13,450 nt of DNA, taken from the NCBI GenBank assembly GCA_039680575.1, contig JBDKSP010000044.1:1-13450 (forward strand), in the 5' to 3' direction. The stretch comes from Armatimonadota bacterium. Lineage in GTDB: Bacteria; Armatimonadota; UBA5829; DTLH01. Of this stretch, positions 1-7,524 are shown one piece after another. A program made the translations under genes and the position numbers. How positions within the stretch are numbered: the first letter of the stretch is position 1; each line of letters begins with the position of its first letter. The notes beneath the pieces are model-generated. The model had not been told where the DNA came from. It saw only the letters and a list, made by a program, of their open reading frames with translations, and searched no databases.

Positions 1-153
1 ACTTCGACAACGGGCTCAGGAGTTCATTACTTTTTGGGGTAGATTTTTAACTATTTTGCCTCTGACTGCATTTCCCACGCTCAGCACTTGGGGCTTTCAC
101 ATTTTTTCGATGCCTGAAATCATACTCAGATCGACTTACCGCAATTGCCTCCG

Positions 154-183
154 TTGACACCCGATCAGGGTGAAGGATATATT
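154..183 (+). promoter_or_regulatory. Putative sigma70-type promoter for the ROK kinase-panB cluster
   Basis: TTGACA at 154-159, 18-nt spacer, TATATT at 178-183. AGGAG RBS at 206-210 lies 7 nt before the TTG start at 218. Confidence 0.6.
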
Positions 184-217
184 TAAGTCTGTAATATTCT
201 AATTCAGGAGATAAAAA

Positions 218-1195
218 TTGAGCGGTGAAGTAAAACCTTACATAGTCGGGGTAGACCTCGGGGGCACGAATGTCCGGGCTGCGGCGACTACGAGAGACGG
301 AAAGATGGTGGGTGAAGGACGCGTACCCTCTCTTGCCACGGAAGGCGTGGATGTGACTGTCGGGCAGATCATCAAGTCCATCCGGTTGGCTGTGGAGAGT
401 GCTGGCATCGACCTATCGCAGGTTGCCGGAGTCGGCATGGGGGTCCCAGGCTGGCACAATTCCAAAGAAGGGATCACTTTGTGGTCCCCGAACTTCAAGG
501 ACTGGCATGGCGTTCAGCTGCTTGCTCCCATAAGAGAAGAATTGGGACTGCCCGTATTTATGGGTAACGACGTAAATGTCGCAGCGCTCGGAGAGTATAA
601 ATTCGGAGCCGGAAGAAACGTAAGCACGCTTGTCATGCTCACGCTCGGCACGGGCATCGGCGGAGGGATTATCCTCAATGGGAAACTGTGGGTAGGCGCA
701 AATGATAGCGCTGCCGAGATCGGGCATACTATCGTTCTGCCGGACGGTCCGCTCTGCAGTTGTAACAGATACGGCTGTCTTGAGTCGCTTGCCGGTAGAG
801 ATGCCATAATCAAGCGCGCAGCGAGGAAGGTCCAGTTGGGACGTCCGAGCATGCTGATCCGGGATGAGGACTGGCTTCTCTGGAGCATCACTCCTGCCGA
901 CATTTCGAAAGCTGCTGAAGCCGGGGACGAGGTCGCTATCGAGACGATGGCCGAGACAGCCTATTATGTAGGTGTAGGCGTTTCAAATGCCATCAACCTG
1001 ATAAACCCTGAGATGGTTATAATCGGCGGCGGCATCGCGCAGGCCGGAGAAGTGCTCTGGGGCCCGCTTTTGAGGACGGTAGAAGCGCTCGCGCTGAAAC
1101 AGTCCCGCAGCGTCTGCAAGGTGGTCCGCGCGGAACTCGGAGATGACGCCGGGATCATGGGCGGAGTGACGCTGGTGCTTCAGGAAGGTTTATGA
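218..1195 (+). CDS. ROK family sugar kinase (glucokinase-like)
   Basis: N-terminal GVDLGGTN phosphate loop, GNDVNVAALGE, LGTGIGGG, AEIGH, Zn motif CSCNRYGCLE, and NPEMVIIGGG. No N-terminal HTH, so kinase rather than repressor. TTG start with AGGAG RBS. Confidence 0.92.
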   Translation: MSGEVKPYIVGVDLGGTNVRAAATTRDGKMVGEGRVPSLATEGVDVTVGQIIKSIRLAVESAGIDLSQVAGVGMGVPGWHNSKEGITLWSPNFKDWHGVQLLAPIREELGLPVFMGNDVNVAALGEYKFGAGRNVSTLVMLTLGTGIGGGIILNGKLWVGANDSAAEIGHTIVLPDGPLCSCNRYGCLESLAGRDAIIKRAARKVQLGRPSMLIRDEDWLLWSITPADISKAAEAGDEVAIETMAETAYYVGVGVSNAINLINPEMVIIGGGIAQAGEVLWGPLLRTVEALALKQSRSVCKVVRAELGDDAGIMGGVTLVLQEGL

Positions 1196-1686
1196 GAGTT
1201 TACCTGGGACTTGGATCGAACCTTAATGACCGGGAGAGGAATATCGGCCATGCAGTCGAGCTTCTTGCGGAAAATCCGCATATAGAAGTACTACGGGTCT
1301 CGTCGATGTACGAGACCTCCCCGGTCGGGTACAAGGACCAGCCGGACTTCATAAACGCGGTTGCGTTGATCGAAACGACTCTCAGCCCCCGCGAGCTTTT
1401 GGACGCGGTCCAAGCCATAGAGGAATTAATGGGCAGAAAGCGAACATTTCGTTGGGGACCGAGAGTCATAGATATAGATGTTCTGCTCTACGGGAGCGAG
1501 ACAATCGACGAGGAAGGGATCAAAATCCCTCACCCGATGATGATGGAGCGGAGGTTCGTGCTGGAACCGCTTGCGGAAATAGCCCCGGATCTCACGCTCC
1601 CCGGCGGGCAGACTGCAGTAGAAGCCGCGCGGTCGGCTGCTGAAGAAGATAACGCTGAAAAGGAGAGGGTGCGCAGGATCGGCTAG
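1192..1686 (+). CDS. folK: 2-amino-4-hydroxy-6-hydroxymethyldihydropteridine diphosphokinase (HPPK)
   Basis: YLGLGSN, SSMYETSP, DFINAV, WGPRVIDIDVLLYG, PHPMMMERRFVLEPL motifs. ATGA overlap with the upstream stop. Confidence 0.97.
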   Translation: MRVYLGLGSNLNDRERNIGHAVELLAENPHIEVLRVSSMYETSPVGYKDQPDFINAVALIETTLSPRELLDAVQAIEELMGRKRTFRWGPRVIDIDVLLYGSETIDEEGIKIPHPMMMERRFVLEPLAEIAPDLTLPGGQTAVEAARSAAEEDNAEKERVRRIG

Positions 1687-1707
1687 GTTTCCACACCCAT
1701 ACTTGCA

Positions 1708-2997
1708 ATGGCCGTTTTTCGATATGAAGCAGTAGACAAATCCGGGAAGTTGGTCCGGGGAGCCATGAATGCGGCAAACGAACAGGCCGTCGCGCAGCGA
1801 CTTTCGGCAATGGGCTACGCGCTGAAGTCGATTGTGCCCTCCGCCGCATATACTCAATCGACGCGTGCGGCTGCAGTCCGGCAGCCGAAAGCTCAATCCG
1901 AGGTTCCGGTAAGTATCGAGTCCTGTGTGCGGCTGCGCCATCTGGCAAGGTTCTACCGCCAGTTGGCAACGCTGGTCAGAGCGGGAATGCCGCTCATTCA
2001 ATCGCTGAATGAGCTCCAGCGTGCAACAAAACACTGGAAACTTAGAAGAATCTGCGGAGAAATGGCAGGCAAGGTGCAGATGGGGACCAGCCTTTCTTCC
2101 GCCATGGCGGCATATCCCCGCGTATTTCCGGCTCACACAGTGGGAATCATCTGGGCAGGAGAGCTGGGCGGCTATCTGGATGTTGCATTGGAAGAGGCCG
2201 CAACGGAACTGGAGCAGGAAGCCAAGGACCGGCTCTGGGGAAGCGTCGGCTGGTGGATAGCTAAAGCAAACATCCTGTTTCTGATCTTACTCATACCGGT
2301 ATGGAACGTGGAACAATTCTTTGTGGATGTCGCGACTATCTCCACAAAACAATCCGTAGGAAACGAGCTTGCTTCGGTAAACATTCAACAGGCTTCTAAG
2401 ATCGTCTTTCAGACCTACAAAAAAGGGTTTTTACACCTGTCGGTTCCGACATTCATCGGCTGGGTCATCTTTGCATATACCTGGGGCTATTTGAAGAGAG
2501 TCCCGTCGATAAGAAGGGTACTCGACTCTGGACTTCTCCTTGTTCCCCTCTGGGGTCCGCTGCATCGCGCGAGAGCAAGAGAACGGTTCCTCAAGACTCT
2601 CTTCAGGCTCTATAACGCCAGTGTTGCTCCGGCTCAGGCCTGGGCTGCCGCAAGCGTAACCGTCCGGAACTCGGATATAGCTCGAAAGTTAAGAAGGATG
2701 AGCGATTATTTCCGCCAGCCGAATACGACGCTCTATGATACTCTTGTTTCATCCAATGTCTTCTCTCCTGAAGACTCGAACCTCGTAAAAACAGCAGAGA
2801 CTGCTGGAAGTGTACCCGAAATGCTTGAACGGATGGCCGACTATCATATGGATGTTGTCTCCGGTTCCAAAATAAAGGGGCGGTTGACAGCTATGACACT
2901 GCTGAATTTGCCGATTATCATCTTGACGGGGTGGTTAATTATCAAGTTCGTTGTCGCCTTTTATAAAATCGGCGCAAAATTCGGTGAGCTGGGGTAA
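1708..2997 (+). CDS. Type II secretion system F / PilC family inner-membrane platform protein (divergent copy)
   Basis: N-terminal FRYEAVDKSGKLVRG, FYRQLATLVRAGMPL, GTSLSSAMAAYPRVFP, AGELGGYLD, second domain TAETAGSVPEMLERMADY, and hydrophobic TM segments. Confidence 0.88.
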   Translation: MAVFRYEAVDKSGKLVRGAMNAANEQAVAQRLSAMGYALKSIVPSAAYTQSTRAAAVRQPKAQSEVPVSIESCVRLRHLARFYRQLATLVRAGMPLIQSLNELQRATKHWKLRRICGEMAGKVQMGTSLSSAMAAYPRVFPAHTVGIIWAGELGGYLDVALEEAATELEQEAKDRLWGSVGWWIAKANILFLILLIPVWNVEQFFVDVATISTKQSVGNELASVNIQQASKIVFQTYKKGFLHLSVPTFIGWVIFAYTWGYLKRVPSIRRVLDSGLLLVPLWGPLHRARARERFLKTLFRLYNASVAPAQAWAAASVTVRNSDIARKLRRMSDYFRQPNTTLYDTLVSSNVFSPEDSNLVKTAETAGSVPEMLERMADYHMDVVSGSKIKGRLTAMTLLNLPIIILTGWLIIKFVVAFYKIGAKFGELG

Positions 2998-3002
2998 TTT
3001 CT

Positions 3003-4187
3003 ATGCCGGATTTCAATTACAAAGCAAAAAACAGGGCTGGTGAGATAGTGACCGGTACGGTGGAAGCGGTCGATAGCCGTTCTGCAGCAGGAAAAATACG
3101 TGAGATGGGCTGCTGGCCGCTGGAGTTGCGCGAGGAGCGCACCAGGCAATCAGCCGCGCCATCTCAATCAGTGGGTTTTTCCGCGTTCTGGTCCGGTGTC
3201 AGCCTGAGGTCGCTTACCATCTTTTTCCGGCAGATGGCCACGATGCTTAAGGCCGGGATGTCAATGGGTGAATCACTCGACAGCATCGGCAGGCAAAAAG
3301 GAACGGGGCGGATTCAGGTACTGGCTGTCCGCGCGGCGGAGCACGTGCGAAACGGAGGGATGCTCTCCAATTTCCTCGCTATGCATCCGAGGGTATTCAC
3401 GCCGATCCAGATTGGGCTTGTGAGGATAGGCGAGACAAGCGGGGCGATGGACTCGATGATAGAGCAGATCGCCTGTTACCTCGAACGCGAGCTCGATATC
3501 AGGCGCAAGTTCTCCAAAATAACTCTTTACCCGAAGATCGTTGGTGTCTTTATAATCGCCGCAGTACTATTTTTGAACCCGATCTCTAAAGTGAAGGAGA
3601 TCATTGACCAGGGCTGGCCGAGAGTGCAGGCAATACTGACCAGCGAGTTGCTGCCGGTTCTTTTGGTCTGTGCGATTCTGTATTTTCTGATAAAAGTGCT
3701 TCTTCTGATACCTCCCGTTCACTATGGATGGGATTATGTAAAGACTACTTTCCCGGTCCTTGGAGCGGTATCGAAAAAACTTGCGATGTCCCGGTTTACA
3801 TCGGCGCTCTCAGTGACGTACAAGGCAGGCGTGCCCTTGGCTCAAGCTGTGGAACTTGGATCGGATGCTGTGGGCAACGCTGTGATCTCCCGTGCAGTGA
3901 GGTCATCCATTCCTCAGCTTCGCGAAGGCGGGCGTCTTTCCGATGCACTGGAAAAGACCGGCAAGATCCCGGAAATGGTTCTCGGAATGATGACCACCGG
4001 TGAAAAGACCGGCAGCATGGACCTTGTCATGGACAAGGTCGGCGAGTACTATAACAACGAAGCAGAAGCTACACTCGAAAAATTCGGCTATATCCTCTTT
4101 GTCGGGCTTATCGTCATCGCGGGAATCATCGTCTGCAAGATCCTTATTGATTTCTACCAAAGTTATACGGGACTAGTTGGCTTGTAA
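3003..4187 (+). CDS. Type II secretion system F / PilC family inner-membrane platform protein
   Basis: FNYKAKNRAGEIVTG, FFRQMATMLKAGMSM, GETSGAMD, LYP before TM1, LSVTYKAGVPL, GEKTGSMD and a C-terminal TM. This is the canonical two-domain GspF/PilC layout. Confidence 0.93.
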   Translation: MPDFNYKAKNRAGEIVTGTVEAVDSRSAAGKIREMGCWPLELREERTRQSAAPSQSVGFSAFWSGVSLRSLTIFFRQMATMLKAGMSMGESLDSIGRQKGTGRIQVLAVRAAEHVRNGGMLSNFLAMHPRVFTPIQIGLVRIGETSGAMDSMIEQIACYLERELDIRRKFSKITLYPKIVGVFIIAAVLFLNPISKVKEIIDQGWPRVQAILTSELLPVLLVCAILYFLIKVLLLIPPVHYGWDYVKTTFPVLGAVSKKLAMSRFTSALSVTYKAGVPLAQAVELGSDAVGNAVISRAVRSSIPQLREGGRLSDALEKTGKIPEMVLGMMTTGEKTGSMDLVMDKVGEYYNNEAEATLEKFGYILFVGLIVIAGIIVCKILIDFYQSYTGLVGL

Positions 4188-4189
4188 TC

Positions 4190-5305
4190 ATGCACACCGA
4201 GCAAAACCATTATGAGACCCTCGGTCTGCCCAAAACCGCAAGCGCAGCAGACATAAAAAAGAGATACCGCCAACTCGCCCGTAAGTACCACCCGGATGTC
4301 GCCAAGGACAAAGAATCGGCAGCGAAAATCTTCGTTCGGATAACCGAAGCCTACAAGACACTGGTGGACCCCGAAAAACGCTGGATGTACGATTCGACTC
4401 TGCCCGAACCGGCTTCAATCCGTCCGCCTTCGAGCGCAGCGCGACCGTCCAGCACCGTACGGCCCGCTGTGAATACGCGCATCGCGGTCGATAAACTCAT
4501 CAAAGACGCCGAAATGGCGTTTATAAAAAAGCGGCTGATCGAGGCCAAGTCGCTCTGCAGGGAGGCGCTCAAGCTGGACAGGTCCTGCGCGCGCGCCCAT
4601 GCGGTCCTCGGTGATGTCTACAGGGCGCAGAAGCACTATGAGTCTGCGATCAACGAGTACAATTATGCTGTCCAGCTCCAACCGGGAGACATGGACAGCC
4701 AGAAAAAGCTCGAAAAGCTGATCGAGCGCTCCGCTCCCGTCGATTTTTCATGGGATGTACCGGACAACAGGCCATCCGCGAAGGTTATCGCGCTGAATGC
4801 GCTGGGGTGGGCTATCGCTGTGTTCGCGCTGCCCCTGATAAGTATATATCCCGGAGAGCCGATCTCATTTCTCAGCGATTTCAGGCTGGCGTGGATCAAT
4901 ACCTGGAGTTGGAACCTTGTCGGGATGATGTTTGGAGAGGGTGTGCTTGTCGGGTTTCTCCTCGGGATAAACGGGATAGTGAACCACCCGGATGATGAGC
5001 TGATATTCGAGTCGACTGACAGGACATGGACAATTGTCCCGGCGGGGCTTATTCTATTGTTTTTCGGTCCGATCTTTTTCATTGCCGCGGCGGGAATTTA
5101 CCTGCTGTTTGCGATTATCCAGAATTCGGTGTCAAAGGCAGTGCTGAAGGTGTTTCTGGCTACAGTTGTCATAGTATACTTCTCCGCGCTGCTTTATTCC
5201 AGGGGCGTAACCTCGGTTTTGATCTTCGGCGGCAATGTGGTATTCACAGGAATGCTGTTTGGGTGGTATATTGGGTCAATGTTTTGCCTAAAGAGTTTTG
5301 GCTGA
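4190..5305 (+). CDS. J-domain (DnaJ) protein with TPR repeats and a C-terminal multi-pass membrane domain
   Basis: HYETLGL...DIKKRYRQLARKYHPD...EAYKTLVDPEKR.MYD (intact HPD), a Pro/Ser linker, TPR-like ARAHAVLGDVYRAQKHYESAINEYNYAVQLQP, then about 5-6 hydrophobic helices. Confidence 0.88.
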   Translation: MHTEQNHYETLGLPKTASAADIKKRYRQLARKYHPDVAKDKESAAKIFVRITEAYKTLVDPEKRWMYDSTLPEPASIRPPSSAARPSSTVRPAVNTRIAVDKLIKDAEMAFIKKRLIEAKSLCREALKLDRSCARAHAVLGDVYRAQKHYESAINEYNYAVQLQPGDMDSQKKLEKLIERSAPVDFSWDVPDNRPSAKVIALNALGWAIAVFALPLISIYPGEPISFLSDFRLAWINTWSWNLVGMMFGEGVLVGFLLGINGIVNHPDDELIFESTDRTWTIVPAGLILLFFGPIFFIAAAGIYLLFAIIQNSVSKAVLKVFLATVVIVYFSALLYSRGVTSVLIFGGNVVFTGMLFGWYIGSMFCLKSFG

Positions 5306-5363
5306 AATGATATTGCTTGCTCATTACATCAACTGCCAAAACTCTGTAGAAAGGTAGTGCAAC

Positions 5364-6143
5364 ATGCAATCTAGAGTCACCGCTCCGAGTTTAAGAGAGA
5401 TGAAGGAGAGGGGCGAGAAGATAACGGTCCTCACGGCGTATGATTGTCCGACTGCGAAGCTCATGGATGAAGCCGGGGTTGATGTTATCCTGGTCGGGGA
5501 TTCGGTCGGAATGGTAGCCCTTGGCTTTGAGAATACTCTGCCGGTGACGATGGACATGATGATCCACCATACATCCGCAGTTGTCCGGGGAACAAAGCAT
5601 GCGCTCGTGGTTGCAGACATGCCCTTCCTGTCCTATCAGACGAGTATAGAAGATGCCGCTCGTAACGCGGGGAGGATGCTTCAGGAGGCTGGAGCACAGG
5701 CTGTGAAGCTGGAAGGCGGCGCAGCCGCCCTGCCTGTGGTCAAAAAGCTTACCGGTATGGGAATCCCGGTCATGGGGCATCTGGGGTTGATACCCCAGTC
5801 TGTGCATCAGTTCGGCGGGTACAGCATCCAGGGAAGAGGGGATGACGCGGCTCTCCAACTCCGCCAGGATGCCAAGGCGCTGCAGGAAGCCGGTGCATTT
5901 GCCATAGTGCTGGAACTTGTTACGCCTGAACTTGCGAAACGGATGAAAAACGAACTCCTGATCCCGACCATCGGGATAGGTTCCGGACCGGACTGCGACG
6001 GGCAGGTGCAGGTAATGCACGACCTTGTTGGATATTCCGAAGAGTTCGTCCCCAAACACGCGAGACAGTATACAAAGATCGCAGGACAGTTGAAGGAAGC
6101 GTTCCGTTCCTACATTAACGACGTCCGCTCTGGCGAATTCTGA
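5364..6143 (+). CDS. panB: 3-methyl-2-oxobutanoate hydroxymethyltransferase
   Basis: LTAYD, ILVGDS, ADMPF, AVKLEGG, MGHLGLIPQ and PTIGIGSGPDCDGQV motifs. AAGG RBS upstream. Confidence 0.97.
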   Translation: MQSRVTAPSLREMKERGEKITVLTAYDCPTAKLMDEAGVDVILVGDSVGMVALGFENTLPVTMDMMIHHTSAVVRGTKHALVVADMPFLSYQTSIEDAARNAGRMLQEAGAQAVKLEGGAAALPVVKKLTGMGIPVMGHLGLIPQSVHQFGGYSIQGRGDDAALQLRQDAKALQEAGAFAIVLELVTPELAKRMKNELLIPTIGIGSGPDCDGQVQVMHDLVGYSEEFVPKHARQYTKIAGQLKEAFRSYINDVRSGEF

Positions 6144-6186
6144 TATTTTACAATGCGAACGAGGTCTCAGAGTCGAAAATGCTGCG

Positions 6187-7344
6187 TTAGTATAACAAGT
6201 AGCTTCTTCTGACTTTACAAAACTCTAAAATGCCGTCTTTCCAACCGGCGGCTATCTCTTCAGCGGACCGGCCTGATTCCAAATCCTGTCTCAGCCGGTC
6301 CGTTCCTGCAAGCAGGTCGAAGAAGTATCGCCCATCCGGTCCCGGCTTCCTGAATTCGAACTCCTCCGGCCATAACCTGTGGATGATCTCGATAACCTTC
6401 ACTCCGGTCATAACCGGCAGAAACTTATCCCTGTCTGTGACTTTCCAGCTAACGCCCGAGCATTCAAAACCGGCATATTTGGAGGACGAAGGGGTGAAAT
6501 TCACGGGATCGAATCGAATTCCCGGCAGTTTTGCCAGGTTAAGCTCATCAGCCAGCTTAGCGCTATCGATCCACGGCGCACCGGTCGTCTGAAACGGCAT
6601 CTCTGTGCTTCTTCCTTCTGAAACATTCGTCCCTTCCAGAAGACATGCCCCAGGATAGACCGCGGCAGTCTCCAGAGTCGGTATTGCGGGAGACGGCGGA
6701 ACCCAGGGAAGCCCGGTTTCGTCGAACCACATCTCCCGTTTCCAGCCCGAGAGCGGTACGGCGGTAAGTTCCGCGCCTATTCCGAACTCCCTGTTAATCA
6801 TCCGGGCGAATTCACCTATGGTCATCCCATAACGGATTGGTACCGGGTAGAACCCGACGAACGAAGAGAATTCAGGACTCAGCATCGGCTCTTCTATGCT
6901 TATTCCGCCTATTGGGTTTGGCCTGTCGAGCACGACAAACGGTTTACCGGCTTCAGCGGATGCTTCCATAGCGTAAGCCATCGTGTAGAGGAAGGTGTAA
7001 AACCGCGCGCCGACATCCTGAATGTCGAAGAGGAGCATATCGACACCGGCAAGCATCTCCGTCGCCGGTTTTTTCGTGGTTCCGTAGAGACTGTAAACAG
7101 GAATTCCCGTTTTCTCGTCGATGAAGGACTCTATACGCTCTCCATCGGCGGCCTGTCCTGTAAAGCCATGCTCCGGGGCGAAGAGTGCCGTGACCTTGAC
7201 TCCGGCCTTAAGAAGAGCGTCGAACGATGGGGTCAGATCAGTAGTAACCGCGCTCCGGTTGGTGATAAGTCCGATTCTCCACTTGAAGACCGGGCTTGAT
7301 CTCTGGTCGAGCAGTATTTCGATGCCTGTTTTTACATGCGCCAT
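6187..7344 (-). CDS. Exo-beta-N-acetylmuramidase NamZ family (DUF1343) protein
   Basis: GLITN, LFAPEHG, YSLYG, FDIQDVGARFYT, LDRPNP, YGMTIGE, WVPPSP, EGTNVSEGR, FDLLAG and terminal YLLY motifs. Confidence 0.92.
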   Translation of the reverse strand: MAHVKTGIEILLDQRSSPVFKWRIGLITNRSAVTTDLTPSFDALLKAGVKVTALFAPEHGFTGQAADGERIESFIDEKTGIPVYSLYGTTKKPATEMLAGVDMLLFDIQDVGARFYTFLYTMAYAMEASAEAGKPFVVLDRPNPIGGISIEEPMLSPEFSSFVGFYPVPIRYGMTIGEFARMINREFGIGAELTAVPLSGWKREMWFDETGLPWVPPSPAIPTLETAAVYPGACLLEGTNVSEGRSTEMPFQTTGAPWIDSAKLADELNLAKLPGIRFDPVNFTPSSSKYAGFECSGVSWKVTDRDKFLPVMTGVKVIEIIHRLWPEEFEFRKPGPDGRYFFDLLAGTDRLRQDLESGRSAEEIAAGWKDGILEFCKVRRSYLLY

Positions 7345-7427
7345 ATCACGGTTCTCATTTCCTGCATTCCTATGGATATGTTAGTTGCCATACCGGCCTT
7401 TTGACAAGCGATTACGCCCCTGGAGTA

Positions 7428-7457
7428 TTTACACGCCTTTTCGCCGAAGAGTATAAT
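7428..7457 (+). promoter_or_regulatory. Putative sigma70-type promoter for the rhomboid gene
   Basis: TTTACA (7428-7433), 18-nt spacer, TATAAT (7452-7457) in the divergent namZ/rhomboid intergenic region. Confidence 0.5.
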
Positions 7458-7524
7458 TGCTGAGTAACCTTCAGTTTCGGGAGGGTTTCAGGTATTAACT
7501 GAAATCCGTTAGGTAGTATGCTGT

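Noticed and set aside
1..125. Possible start of a divergent minus-strand gene
   Set aside because: The short ATG/GTG-initiated frames hit stops quickly and I found no recognisable motif or RBS, so it cannot be supported.
1426..2136. 236-aa minus-strand ORF
   Set aside because: It is an antisense shadow of folK and pilC with no recognisable domain.
5391..6059. 222-aa minus-strand ORF
   Set aside because: It is an antisense shadow of panB.
7401..7431. TTGACA at 7401-7406 as a promoter -35
   Set aside because: There is no good -10 at 16-18 nt spacing (TATTTA lies at 19 nt). The downstream TTTACA/TATAAT pair fits better.
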